NCBI GenBank assembly: GCA_947632395.1
Contig: CANRPA010000003.1
Span: 257 to 64,256, forward strand
Reading direction: 5' to 3'
From: an uncultured Bacilli bacterium
GTDB lineage: Bacteria; Bacillota_I; Bacilli_A; RF39; UBA660
DNA length: 64,000 bases
The notes under the pieces were generated by a model that saw only the letters and a list, made by a program, of their open reading frames with translations, ran no database searches and was not told the origin of the DNA. This document shows, piece by piece, positions 26,119-35,834 of this stretch. The translations under genes and the position numbers were made by a program. Position 1 is the first letter of the stretch; each line of letters begins with the position of its first letter.

Positions 26119-29100
26119 ATGAATTTATTAGATACAATAATTAATAACTTAGATGGAGAATCAGTATCAGGTTTAACTTCAGAACTTAAGGGATTATTTT
26201 TATATAAAAAATATATAAAAGAAAATAAAAATATATTATGTGTAACTTCATCAATATATGAAGCAAATAGACTATATCAGATACTATTAAATTATACAGA
26301 TAAAGTATCTTTTTTTCCAATGGATGATTTTTTGACAAGTGAAGCACTTGCAATAAGTCCAGAATTTAAATTAACAAGATTAGATACATTAAATCAAATA
26401 CTTACTGAAAAAAGAATAGTAATAACAAATCTTATGGGTTTCTTAAGATTTTTACCACATCCACAAGATTATGAAAAATCATATGTAAATTTAAAATTAA
26501 ATGATGAAATAAAAATAGATGAACTTGTAAACAATTTATATAAAATAGGTTATAAAAGAGAATCAATAGTAAATAAAACAGGAGAAGTCGCACTAAGAGG
26601 CTTTGTAATAGATGTATTTCCAATAAACTATAAAGATCCTGTAAGAATAGAATTTTGGGGAGATACAATTGATAGAATTACACTATTTGATATAGATACA
26701 CAAATATCAAAAGAAAAATTAGAAAAAATAAAAATTACACCAGTAACAGAATTTATAATAGATGAATTAGTTGAAAATGAACCAAAACAAAGAGAAATAA
26801 TAAATTATATAAATCCATCCTCAATATTAGATTATTTAGATAAAACTATAATTGTTTATGATGATAAAAATTCAATAGTTACAAATTATAAATTATTAAT
26901 AGAAGAAATGGATAATTATATAAAAACAAATGAATTAAAAAAAGATACAAAATTTATGCATGAACTTAAAAAAAATTATGATACTACTGAAATAAATTTT
27001 GTTTCATTTGATAATATAGAAAACTCAAAAAATTTAATTAAATATAATTCATATGAACTTGAAAATTTTAAAGGAAATATGGAGTCAATTTCAAAAAAGT
27101 TAAATGAGTATATAAATCAAAATAAGACAGTAATAGTATGTTTATCGGATAGATATAAAGTAAATAAAATAGAAGAAGAATTTAACAATAAAAATGTAGT
27201 AATAACTAATATAAACCAGATAATAAATAACAAAATAAACTTAATAGTAAAAAAAATAAATACAGGATATATAATAGATAACTTTGTAGTAATATCAGAA
27301 AAAGAGTTATTTAATAAAAAAGAAAATGGGATAGCATATAAGTCTAATTTTAAAATAGGTTCAAAGATAAGGGATATAAACAAATTAAATGTAGGTGATT
27401 ATGTAGTACACATCGCACATGGTATAGGAATATATAAAGGAATAAAAACACTTACTAAAAATGGATTAAAAAAGGATTATATAGCAATAGAGTATCAGGG
27501 TGGAGATAACCTATATATACCAGTTGAGAAATTAGAATTTGTAAATAAATATTCATCAAATGAAGGAATTCAACCTAAAATAAATAAATTAGGTGGTACA
27601 GAATGGCAAAAAACTAAATTACGCATAAAGAAAAGAATTGAAAGTATTGCAGGAGATCTTTTAAAATTATATTCAGAAAGAGAAATGGCAATAGGTTATG
27701 CATTTGATAAAGATACAGAAGAACAATTAGAATTTGAAAAAGAATTTCAACACACAGAAACAAGAGATCAATTGAAAGTAACAGAAGAAATAAAAAAAGA
27801 TATGGAAAGCAAAATACCGATGGATAGGTTACTTTGCGGTGATGTTGGATATGGAAAAACAGAAGTTGCTTTTAGAGCTATATTTAAAGCAATAATGTCA
27901 AATAAACAAGCACTATTTTTATGTCCAACAACAATTCTTTCACAACAACATTATACAAATGCCATAGAAAGATTTAAAGAATTTCCAGTTAGAATAGAAC
28001 TTTTAAATAGATTTGTATCATCAAAAAAGCAAAAAGAAATAATAAATGATTTAAGTGAAGGTAAAATTGATTTATTAATAGGAACACATAGAATACTTAG
28101 TGATGATATTAATCCTAAAAGACTCGGTTTACTAGTAATAGATGAGGAACAAAGATTTGGTGTAAAACATAAAGAAAAAATAAAATCATATAAAAATAAC
28201 ATAGATGTTTTAACTCTATCAGCAACTCCAATACCACGTACACTTCAAATGTCACTTGCTGGAGTTAGAAGTTTATCATTGATAGAAACACCACCAACAG
28301 ATAGATATCCAATTCAAACTTACGTTTTAGAAGAAAACAATAATGTAATAAAAGATGCAATATACAAAGAAATTGCTCGAGATGGTCAAGTTTTTATACT
28401 ATACAATAATATAGATTCAATAGAACAAAAGAAAAATATAATACAAAATTTAGTACCAGAAGCACGTATAGTATGTGGCCATGGTAGAATGGAAAAAAAT
28501 GAACTAGAAGATGTAATGTATAAATTTATGAATAAAGAATATGATGTTTTACTATGCACAACAATAATAGAAACCGGGATAGATATACCAAATGTAAATA
28601 CTTTAATAATAATAGATGCAGATAGATATGGACTTTCACAATTATATCAAATAAGAGGTAGAGTTGGTAGAAGTAATAAAATCGCATATGCATATCTTAT
28701 GTATAATAAAGGAAAAATATTATCAGACATAGCAAAAAAACGTCTTAACGTAATAAAAGAATTTACAGAACTTGGCAGTGGTTTCTCTATTGCAATGCGT
28801 GATTTATCAATTAGAGGTGCTGGGGATATTTTAGGTCAGGAACAATCAGGATTTATTGATTCAGTTGGAGTGGAACTATTTTTAAATATGTTAAATGAAG
28901 AAGTAAATAAATTAAAAGGAATATCAACTAAAGAAGATATATCAAGTACTCAACCACTAATAGAAGTAGAAACAACAATAGATGATAAATATGCAAAAGA
29001 AGAAGATTTAAAAATAGAAATACATCAAAAGATAAATAAAATTAATTCCAAAGAAACTTTATTAAAAACAAAAGAAGAACTAGAAGATAGATTTGGTATA

Positions 29101-29403
29101 CTTGATGAAAATGTAATAATTTATATGTATGAAGAATTATTTGAAAAAGAGATGCAGTCACTTAATATAAAAAAAGTTAATCAAACTAAAAACTTTATAT
29201 CAATTACATTACCAGTTGATTTAACAAAAAAGATAGATGGTGAAAAACTTTTCTTAGATGTGTTATCTCTTTCACGAAAATTTAGATTTTCTATGAAAAC
29301 CAATGAACTTACAATTACTTTAGATATAATGGGATTAGATAAACACTTTATGTACTATTTAATAGATATGTTAGATATACTTAAGAGTGCTATAAAAAAA
29401 TAA
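26119..29403 (+). CDS. mfd: Transcription-repair coupling factor Mfd
   Basis: UvrB-homology N-terminus, CarD-like RID (GDYVVHIAHGIG), superfamily-2 translocase (GDVGYGKTEVA, DEEQRFG) and TRG motif. I prefer ATG 26119 (SD GGAGGAGG) over the track start at 26077. Confidence 0.96.
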   Translation: MNLLDTIINNLDGESVSGLTSELKGLFLYKKYIKENKNILCVTSSIYEANRLYQILLNYTDKVSFFPMDDFLTSEALAISPEFKLTRLDTLNQILTEKRIVITNLMGFLRFLPHPQDYEKSYVNLKLNDEIKIDELVNNLYKIGYKRESIVNKTGEVALRGFVIDVFPINYKDPVRIEFWGDTIDRITLFDIDTQISKEKLEKIKITPVTEFIIDELVENEPKQREIINYINPSSILDYLDKTIIVYDDKNSIVTNYKLLIEEMDNYIKTNELKKDTKFMHELKKNYDTTEINFVSFDNIENSKNLIKYNSYELENFKGNMESISKKLNEYINQNKTVIVCLSDRYKVNKIEEEFNNKNVVITNINQIINNKINLIVKKINTGYIIDNFVVISEKELFNKKENGIAYKSNFKIGSKIRDINKLNVGDYVVHIAHGIGIYKGIKTLTKNGLKKDYIAIEYQGGDNLYIPVEKLEFVNKYSSNEGIQPKINKLGGTEWQKTKLRIKKRIESIAGDLLKLYSEREMAIGYAFDKDTEEQLEFEKEFQHTETRDQLKVTEEIKKDMESKIPMDRLLCGDVGYGKTEVAFRAIFKAIMSNKQALFLCPTTILSQQHYTNAIERFKEFPVRIELLNRFVSSKKQKEIINDLSEGKIDLLIGTHRILSDDINPKRLGLLVIDEEQRFGVKHKEKIKSYKNNIDVLTLSATPIPRTLQMSLAGVRSLSLIETPPTDRYPIQTYVLEENNNVIKDAIYKEIARDGQVFILYNNIDSIEQKKNIIQNLVPEARIVCGHGRMEKNELEDVMYKFMNKEYDVLLCTTIIETGIDIPNVNTLIIIDADRYGLSQLYQIRGRVGRSNKIAYAYLMYNKGKILSDIAKKRLNVIKEFTELGSGFSIAMRDLSIRGAGDILGQEQSGFIDSVGVELFLNMLNEEVNKLKGISTKEDISSTQPLIEVETTIDDKYAKEEDLKIEIHQKINKINSKETLLKTKEELEDRFGILDENVIIYMYEELFEKEMQSLNIKKVNQTKNFISITLPVDLTKKIDGEKLFLDVLSLSRKFRFSMKTNELTITLDIMGLDKHFMYYLIDMLDILKSAIKK

Positions 29404-29463
29404 TAATGTAGAAATATCTTATATTAGAATATACTTAAATTAGCACATTATTTGTCCAAAATT

Positions 29464-29497
29464 AAAAACTTTACAGCTTATTTGCTATAAAGTTTTT
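29464..29497. terminator. Bidirectional terminator between convergent mfd and clpB
   Basis: AAAACTTTACAGC-ttattt-GCTATAAAGTTTT (one mismatch), flanked by A/T runs on both sides. Confidence 0.5.
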
Positions 29498-31610
29498 ATT
29501 TGTTTTTAATTATAAATTTATCATTATCTATATCTATAATTATGTTTTCTCCAAATGAAATTTTATCTTCTATTATGTTATTAGCAAGTAATGATTCAAT
29601 ATTTTTACTTACATATCTTTTCATAGGTCTTGCACCATATATTTCGTCAAATGATTCATCTATAATATGTTTTTTTGCACTGTCAGTTAGGCTAATTGTT
29701 ATATGCATATTAGATAGTCTGTTTTCAATATTTTTTATAATATTATCAAGAATACTATAAAGTATATCTTTATTAAGCGGATTAAATATAATTATTTCAT
29801 CAATTCTATTTATAAATTCAGGTTTGAATGTGTGTCTTAATTCACTTAATACAAGTTCATTAGAATTTTCATCATTGTTTAGAATATATTCACTACCTAA
29901 GTTAGATGTCATAATAATTATAGTATTTTTAAAATCTACAGTTCTTCCTTGTGAATCAGTAATTCTACCATCATCTAATATTTGAAGTAATATATTGAAT
30001 ACATCCTTGTGTGCTTTTTCAATTTCGTCAAATAAAACTATACTATATGGATTTCTTCTAACGGCTTCTGTTAATTGTCCACCTTCATCATATCCAACAT
30101 ATCCTGGAGGCGCTCCAACAAGTCTTGATACTGAGTGTGCTTCCATATACTCACTCATATCAATTCTAACTATATGTTTTTCATCATCAAATAGATTTTC
30201 TGCAAGAGTACGTGCAACTTCAGTTTTACCAACACCTGTAGGTCCTAGGAATATAAACGAACCTATTGGTTTATTTGGATCTTTAATACCCGCTCTTGCT
30301 CTTTTTATTGCTTCACTTACAAGTTCAAGTGCATTATCTTGACCCTTAACTCTTTTTGCCATATTTTCTTTTAAATTTAACAATTTTTCTTTTTCTCCAC
30401 CTACAAGTTTACTTACTGGAATATTAGTCCATTTAGATACAATACTTGCAATACTTTCATCATCAACAGTATCACTTAATATTTCATTTTTATTTTTTTC
30501 GTTTAATTCATCAAGTTCCTTTTGTAACTTAGGCAAAGTTCCATGTCTTAAAATAGCAGCTTTTTCATAATCATAGTTATCTTCAGCTTTTTCAAGTTCG
30601 AAAGTAGCTTTTTCTATTTCTTCTTTCTTTTTATTTATTTTTATATTAATGTCTTTTTCACTTTCCCAGTCGTTTCTTAGTGATTTTTCTTTCTCTTTTA
30701 AAATATTTAATTTTTCATCAATTTCTTTAATTCTATTTTTAGATATTTCATCTTTTTCTTTTTTTAATGCTTCTTTTTCTATTTGTAATTGCATGATTTC
30801 TCTAGTTAATGTATCAAGTTCTACTGGAACTGATTCCATTTGTACTTTTATAGTCGCACATGCTTCATCAACTAAATCAATTGCTTTATCAGGTAAAAAT
30901 CTATCTGTTATGTATCTATCTGATAAAGTTGCAGCAGCAATAAGTGCTTTATCCTTAATAGTTACTCCATGATATACTTCAAATCTTGATTTTAAACCTC
31001 TAAGGATTGTTATAGTATCCATAACAGTTGGAGCACTTACTAATACTTTTTGAAAACGTCTTTCAAGTGCACCATCTTTTTCTATATATTTTCTATATTC
31101 ATTTAAAGTAGTTGCACCGATACAAAGAATTTCACCTCTTGCAAGCATTGGTTTAAGTAGATTTCCAGCATCCATAGCGCCTTCCAAAGCTCCAGCACCT
31201 ACTATTAAATGTATTTCATCTATAAATAGAATTATCTTTCCATCAGATTCTTTAATTTCTTTTAAAACGGCTTTAAGTCTCTCTTCAAATTCACCTCTAT
31301 ATTTAGCACCTGCTATTAAAGCTCCCATATCTAGTTCCCAAATTGTTTTATCTTTTAAACTATTTGGTACATCACCTTTAACAATACGAAGCGCAAGTCC
31401 TTCTACAATTGCCGTTTTACCAACACCAGGTTCACCAATTAATACTGGGTTGTTTTTAGTTTTTCTTGATAAAATACGAGTTATGTTACGGATTTCTTCA
31501 TCTCTACCTATTACAGGATCTATCTTACCATCTTTTGCAGCAGAAACTATATCCCTTCCATATTTTTCAAGAACGTTTTGTAAATTTTCTTCATATCCAT
31601 TATTATTCAT
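29496..31610 (-). CDS. clpB: ClpB-type AAA+ disaggregase lacking the N-terminal domain
   Basis: 704 aa. Two AAA+ modules ([15 protein letters not shown]; GPTGVGKTE) separated by a long coiled-coil M-domain. The protein begins only about 15 aa before the [10 protein letters not shown] block. Confidence 0.93.
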   Translation of the reverse strand: MNNNGYEENLQNVLEKYGRDIVSAAKDGKIDPVIGRDEEIRNITRILSRKTKNNPVLIGEPGVGKTAIVEGLALRIVKGDVPNSLKDKTIWELDMGALIAGAKYRGEFEERLKAVLKEIKESDGKIILFIDEIHLIVGAGALEGAMDAGNLLKPMLARGEILCIGATTLNEYRKYIEKDGALERRFQKVLVSAPTVMDTITILRGLKSRFEVYHGVTIKDKALIAAATLSDRYITDRFLPDKAIDLVDEACATIKVQMESVPVELDTLTREIMQLQIEKEALKKEKDEISKNRIKEIDEKLNILKEKEKSLRNDWESEKDINIKINKKKEEIEKATFELEKAEDNYDYEKAAILRHGTLPKLQKELDELNEKNKNEILSDTVDDESIASIVSKWTNIPVSKLVGGEKEKLLNLKENMAKRVKGQDNALELVSEAIKRARAGIKDPNKPIGSFIFLGPTGVGKTEVARTLAENLFDDEKHIVRIDMSEYMEAHSVSRLVGAPPGYVGYDEGGQLTEAVRRNPYSIVLFDEIEKAHKDVFNILLQILDDGRITDSQGRTVDFKNTIIIMTSNLGSEYILNNDENSNELVLSELRHTFKPEFINRIDEIIIFNPLNKDILYSILDNIIKNIENRLSNMHITISLTDSAKKHIIDESFDEIYGARPMKRYVSKNIESLLANNIIEDKISFGENIIIDIDNDKFIIKNK

Positions 31611-31646
31611 AAAATCATCCCCTCATTCATACATTATACTCATTTT

Positions 31647-31673
31647 TTAGCACTTGTCAAGTGTGAGTGCTAA
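31647..31673. promoter_or_regulatory. CIRCE operator (HrcA binding site) upstream of clpB
   Basis: TTAGCACTT-GTCAAGTGT-GAGTGCTAA against consensus TTAGCACTC-N9-GAGTGCTAA, 37 nt upstream of the clpB start. A possible -10 TATAAT (minus strand, 31682-31677) lies just upstream of it. Confidence 0.85.
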
Positions 31674-31894
31674 AAAATTATATGTAAATTAATTTAGTTT
31701 ATTATATTTTTTAAATTAAAATTAACATATATAAGTATTACATATATTAATATTTTGAAAAGTGTGTAAATAATACTACAAAGTATAGTAATTTAATAAA
31801 AATTAATATATTAAAATAAAAAATTTATAAAATGTTAGACATCACTTTAGAATAAAATTTCCTTTATTATCCAAAATAATTTTAGGAGGAATTT

Positions 31895-32425
31895 ATGAAG
31901 GCTACAGGAATAGTAAGAAGAATTGATGATTTAGGACGTGTAGTAATACCAAAAGAAATAAGAAAAAATTTAAGAATAAAAGAAGGAGAAAATTTAGAAA
32001 TATTTGTTGATGGAGAAGATATAATATTAAAAAAATATTCTATGATGAATAAAATAAATGATTTAGCTTTAGAACTTACTGATGCTATATACACATTTAT
32101 GAAACACAATATAATTATAACTGATACAGATTGTATAGTAGCAGTTAGTGGGCCATTAAAAAAGGAATATTTAAATAAAAATATAAGTGAATATGTATCT
32201 GAGTCTATAAGAAAAAGAGAAAAAATGTTAGAATCTTATTTTAAAGAGGTAAGTTTTGTAGATGGAGTATATATTAAATGTAGTTATGTATCATCTACCA
32301 TTTTAGTTAATGGAGAAGCAGTAGGAATAGTGCTTATAGTAAGTGAAAATGAAAAATTAGGCGAAAGTGAAGTTCAAATAGCAAATATCGTTTCATCATT
32401 TGTATCAAAATATCTTGAAGAATAA
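31895..32425 (+). CDS. spoVT: SpoVT-type AbrB-family transcriptional regulator (SpoVT/AbrB N-domain plus GAF-like C-domain)
   Basis: 176 aa. The N-terminus MKATGIVRRIDDLGRVVIPKEIRKNLRIKEGENLEIFVDGEDIILKKY is almost identical to B. subtilis SpoVT. Same length class and near mfd as in Bacillus. Confidence 0.88.
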   Translation: MKATGIVRRIDDLGRVVIPKEIRKNLRIKEGENLEIFVDGEDIILKKYSMMNKINDLALELTDAIYTFMKHNIIITDTDCIVAVSGPLKKEYLNKNISEYVSESIRKREKMLESYFKEVSFVDGVYIKCSYVSSTILVNGEAVGIVLIVSENEKLGESEVQIANIVSSFVSKYLEE

Positions 32426-32450
32426 ATAAAAATATGTTATATTAATTGTA

Positions 32451-32657
32451 TAGAAAGCGATGAAGGAAAGAAAAATACGTAGGTATTGAAAGAGAACTTG
32501 ATTAGGTGAAAGCAAGTATACTGAAATATTTCGAATGGGTCTGGAGCTTCATGTAAATGACGGATAGACACGTTAAGTCTTTGAGATGTAGAAATACATG
32601 AATTAAGGTGGTACCACGTTTATTAATGACGTCCTTATATAAAGGATGTTTTTTTTT
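32451..32657 (+). promoter_or_regulatory. T-box leader riboswitch, predicted Met (AUG) specifier
   Basis: GA/K-turn GCGATGAAGG, AGAGA box (32491-32495), distal GGTGAAAG, AGTA, specifier-loop GAATGG with AUG at 32535-32537, F-box-like ACGTTAAG, T-box AATTAAGGTGGTACCACG (32601-32618), and terminator ACGTCCTT-atata-AAGGATGT plus a T9 run (32628-32657). Confidence 0.85.
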
Positions 32658-32668
32658 GGAGAGAATTT

Positions 32669-33130
32669 ATGAGAAAATTTGAAAAAATAAGTTATGAACA
32701 ATTTAAAAAAGATATTAAAGATGATAAAAATTTATATGATGAATATTTGTTACCAAGAAGAGAAACATTTAATGCAGCAGGATATGATTTTTTTGCACTC
32801 TATGACTATACATTAAAACCCGGTGAAATAAAAAAAATACCTACAGGTATTAAAGTTACTATGAATAGTGATGAAGTATTATTATTAATAGATAGAAGTA
32901 GTATGGGATTTAAGTATAATGTTCGAATGTGTAATCAGGTAGGAGTTATTGATGCTGATTACTATAATAATAAAGATAATGAAGGACATATATGGATTAA
33001 AATACAAAATGAAGGTGATAAAGATTATATTGTAAAAAAAGGTGATAGAATGATTCAAGGAATATTTATTAAATATTTATCAGTAGATAATGAAATTGAA
33101 GATTTTAATGATAGGGTTTCTAACTTATAA
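32669..33130 (+). CDS. dut: Trimeric dUTPase-like protein (YncF/YosS type) lacking conserved motif V
   Basis: 153 aa. Motifs I AAGYDF, II DRSSMG, III GVIDADYYN and IV GDRMIQ are present. The protein ends NDRVSNL where GG(F/L)GSTG is expected. Confidence 0.75.
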   Translation: MRKFEKISYEQFKKDIKDDKNLYDEYLLPRRETFNAAGYDFFALYDYTLKPGEIKKIPTGIKVTMNSDEVLLLIDRSSMGFKYNVRMCNQVGVIDADYYNNKDNEGHIWIKIQNEGDKDYIVKKGDRMIQGIFIKYLSVDNEIEDFNDRVSNL

Positions 33131-33204
33131 AATATAATAATTTATTATAAAAAAGAAATATATAAATTTTAAAATAATATAAATTAAAATAAAGGAGAGA
33201 TAGT

Positions 33205-34740
33205 ATGGAAAATAAAAAATATTACATAACAACACCTATATATTACCCAAGTGCAAATTTTCATATAGGTCATTGTTATACAACAATAATTGCGGATGCT
33301 ATAGCAAGATATAAAAGGTTAAATGGATATGATACATTCTTTTTAACAGGTTCAGATGAGCATGGTCAAAAGATAGAAAAGAAAGCAAGTGAAGCTGGTG
33401 TAACACCACAAGAATATGTAGATAAAATTATTATGGATGCTAAGGACTTGTGGAATAGTTTGGGAATAAGTTATGACAAATTTATAAGAACTACTGATGA
33501 GGAACACTGTATAGCAGTTCAAAAAATATTTAAAAAATTATACGATCAAGGAGATATATATAAAGGAGAATATAAAGGTCTTTATTGTACACCTTGTGAA
33601 TCATTCTGGACTGAATCACAATTGGTGAATGGAAAGTGTCCAGATTGTGGTAGAGATGTAGAGGAAGCACATGAGGAAGCATATTTCTTTAAACTATCAA
33701 AATATCAAGATAGACTCGTAGAATATATAGAATCACATCCAGAATTTATACAACCTGTATCAAGAAAAAATGAAATGATAAATAATTTTATTAAACCAGG
33801 TCTTGATGATTTATGTGTTTCACGTACTAGTTTTAAGTGGGGAATACCAGTACCATTTGATGATAAACACGTAATTTATGTATGGTTAGATGCTTTAACT
33901 AATTATATTACTGCTTTGGGATATACAAGTGATAATGAAGAAAATTTTAGAAAATATTGGCCTGCTGATTTGCACATTGTTGGAAAAGAAATAGTAAGAT
34001 TTCATACAATTATATGGCCAATTATGTTGATGGCTTTAGATTTACCAATTCCAAAACAAGTATTTGGACATGGATGGTTAGTAATAGATGGTGGTAAAAT
34101 ATCAAAATCATCTGGAAATTATAAAGATCCAAGAGAATATATTAATGATTATGGAAAGGATGCTGTTAGATATTTTGTTCTAAGAGAAGTTCCATTTGGT
34201 AATGATGGGGCATTTAGTGAAGAAGCACTAGTAAATAGGACAAATTCTGACCTTGCAAATATTTTAGGAAATCTAGTAAATAGAACAATTTCAATGAATA
34301 AAAAGTATTTTGATAATTTAGTAGTTAATAGTGATGCTACCTCAGAAATAGATGAGTCTTTAATATCATATGTTTTATCTGCTAAAGAAAAAGTAGAAAA
34401 TTATATGGATCAATTAAAGATTCCAGAAGCACTTGATGAAGTATTTGAAATATTTAGAAGATGTAATAAATATATAGATGAAACAACTCCATGGGTTCTT
34501 GCAAAAGATGAAAATAAAGATAGATTAAAGAAAGTTATGTATAATTTACTTGAAAGTATTAGAATAGGTGCAGTATTACTTAGTCCATTTTTACCAGATA
34601 CATCAAAAGAAATATTTAGACAATTGAATACTAATGAAACTTCATTTGATTCAATTGATACTTTTGGAAAATTAAAAGTAGGAGATAAATTAAATGATCC
34701 TAAACCATTATTTTTAAGAATAGAAAAGGATAAAATGTAA
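33205..34740 (+). CDS. metG: Methionine--tRNA ligase (short form, no C-terminal tRNA-binding domain)
   Basis: 511 aa with HIGH-type motif (ANFHIGH), zinc knuckles CTPCESF..CPDCG and KMSKS-type motif (KISKS). Confidence 0.96.
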   Translation: MENKKYYITTPIYYPSANFHIGHCYTTIIADAIARYKRLNGYDTFFLTGSDEHGQKIEKKASEAGVTPQEYVDKIIMDAKDLWNSLGISYDKFIRTTDEEHCIAVQKIFKKLYDQGDIYKGEYKGLYCTPCESFWTESQLVNGKCPDCGRDVEEAHEEAYFFKLSKYQDRLVEYIESHPEFIQPVSRKNEMINNFIKPGLDDLCVSRTSFKWGIPVPFDDKHVIYVWLDALTNYITALGYTSDNEENFRKYWPADLHIVGKEIVRFHTIIWPIMLMALDLPIPKQVFGHGWLVIDGGKISKSSGNYKDPREYINDYGKDAVRYFVLREVPFGNDGAFSEEALVNRTNSDLANILGNLVNRTISMNKKYFDNLVVNSDATSEIDESLISYVLSAKEKVENYMDQLKIPEALDEVFEIFRRCNKYIDETTPWVLAKDENKDRLKKVMYNLLESIRIGAVLLSPFLPDTSKEIFRQLNTNETSFDSIDTFGKLKVGDKLNDPKPLFLRIEKDKM

Positions 34741-34856
34741 AAATGTGTAAAAAGTAAAATTTTGTCGATTAAAATCTGAAAAAATCTATTTAAAATATTA
34801 TATATATGTGATATAGTTTTGAATGTTGAGCGTGTTAAATAGAAAAAGGAGATTTT

Positions 34857-35027
34857 ATGACAACTAACAAAAATATTGAAAAGTATTTATGGATTTTAAC
34901 AGTATTGTTCATAACATACTTATTAGTAGGAAGTTTTGTTGTAAGTAGTAATTTTATAGATTTAGCATATTTACTTGTATTATATTATTCTATATTTAGA
35001 GTAAAAAAAATTAGTAATAAAAAATAG
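34857..35027 (+). CDS. Small hypothetical membrane protein (56 aa)
   Basis: Below the ORF-track cut-off. SD AAAGGAG lies 6 nt upstream. Sequence MTTNKNIEKYLWILTVLFITYLLVGSFVVSSNFIDLAYLLVLYYSIFRVKKISNKK has two hydrophobic segments. Confidence 0.4.
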   Translation: MTTNKNIEKYLWILTVLFITYLLVGSFVVSSNFIDLAYLLVLYYSIFRVKKISNKK

Positions 35028-35069
35028 AAAAATTATATTGTTTATGATATAATTTTTTTTGGTGAAATT

Positions 35070-35825
35070 ATGATTATAGATACACATTGTCATTTAAGTT
35101 ATGACACTTATCAAAATTTAGAAGATATAATAAATAATATGGATGGCATCATGATAACAAGTGGTTGTGATGATAAATCTAATGAAGAGGTTCTTGAATT
35201 AGCAAAAAAATATAAAAAAGTTTACGGAACATTAGGTATACATCCAGAAAATTTAGAGAATATAACTGATAATAGTTTTAAAATAATTGAAGATAATATA
35301 GATAATGAAAAAATAGTTGCTATAGGTGAGATAGGGCTTGATTATTATTATACTAAAGATAATATGGATAAACAAAAAAAAGTGTTTGAATATCAAGTAA
35401 AACTTGCAGAAAAATTTAATGTACCAATAGTAGTTCACTCAAGGGATGCAATACAAGATACATATGATATTTTAAAAAAATATAAAGTTAAAGGTACAAT
35501 TCATTGTTTTAATTCTAGTTTAGAGATGGCTCGTGAATTTATAAAATTAGGATATAAAATAGGTGTTGGTGGGGTTTTAACCTTTAAAAATGGTAAAAAA
35601 TTACAAGAAATAGTAAGAGAATTAGATTTAAAAGATATAGTTCTTGAAACAGATAGTCCATATTTATCACCAGAACCTTTTAGAGGAAAAAAAAATATTC
35701 CTTCAAATGTTTATTACGTTGCATTAAAAGTAGCAGAACTAAAAAATATTAGTGTAGATAAAGTATTAGAAATTACGAGTAATAATGCAATTGAATTATA
35801 TAAGTTGAAAAAAAATACAGTTTAA
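35070..35825 (+). CDS. tatD: TatD-family metal-dependent DNase/hydrolase (YabD)
   Basis: 251 aa with IDTHCHL, GEIGLDY, VHSRDA and ETDSPYL. Follows metG as yabD does in Bacillus. Confidence 0.92.
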   Translation: MIIDTHCHLSYDTYQNLEDIINNMDGIMITSGCDDKSNEEVLELAKKYKKVYGTLGIHPENLENITDNSFKIIEDNIDNEKIVAIGEIGLDYYYTKDNMDKQKKVFEYQVKLAEKFNVPIVVHSRDAIQDTYDILKKYKVKGTIHCFNSSLEMAREFIKLGYKIGVGGVLTFKNGKKLQEIVRELDLKDIVLETDSPYLSPEPFRGKKNIPSNVYYVALKVAELKNISVDKVLEITSNNAIELYKLKKNTV

Positions 35826-35834
35826 TCTGTATTT

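Noticed and set aside
33816-33831. A possible tenth parS inside metG (TGTTTCACGTACTAGT).
   Set aside because: Only the left half and the central CG match, about 10 of 16 positions. It is probably a chance half-site in coding sequence.
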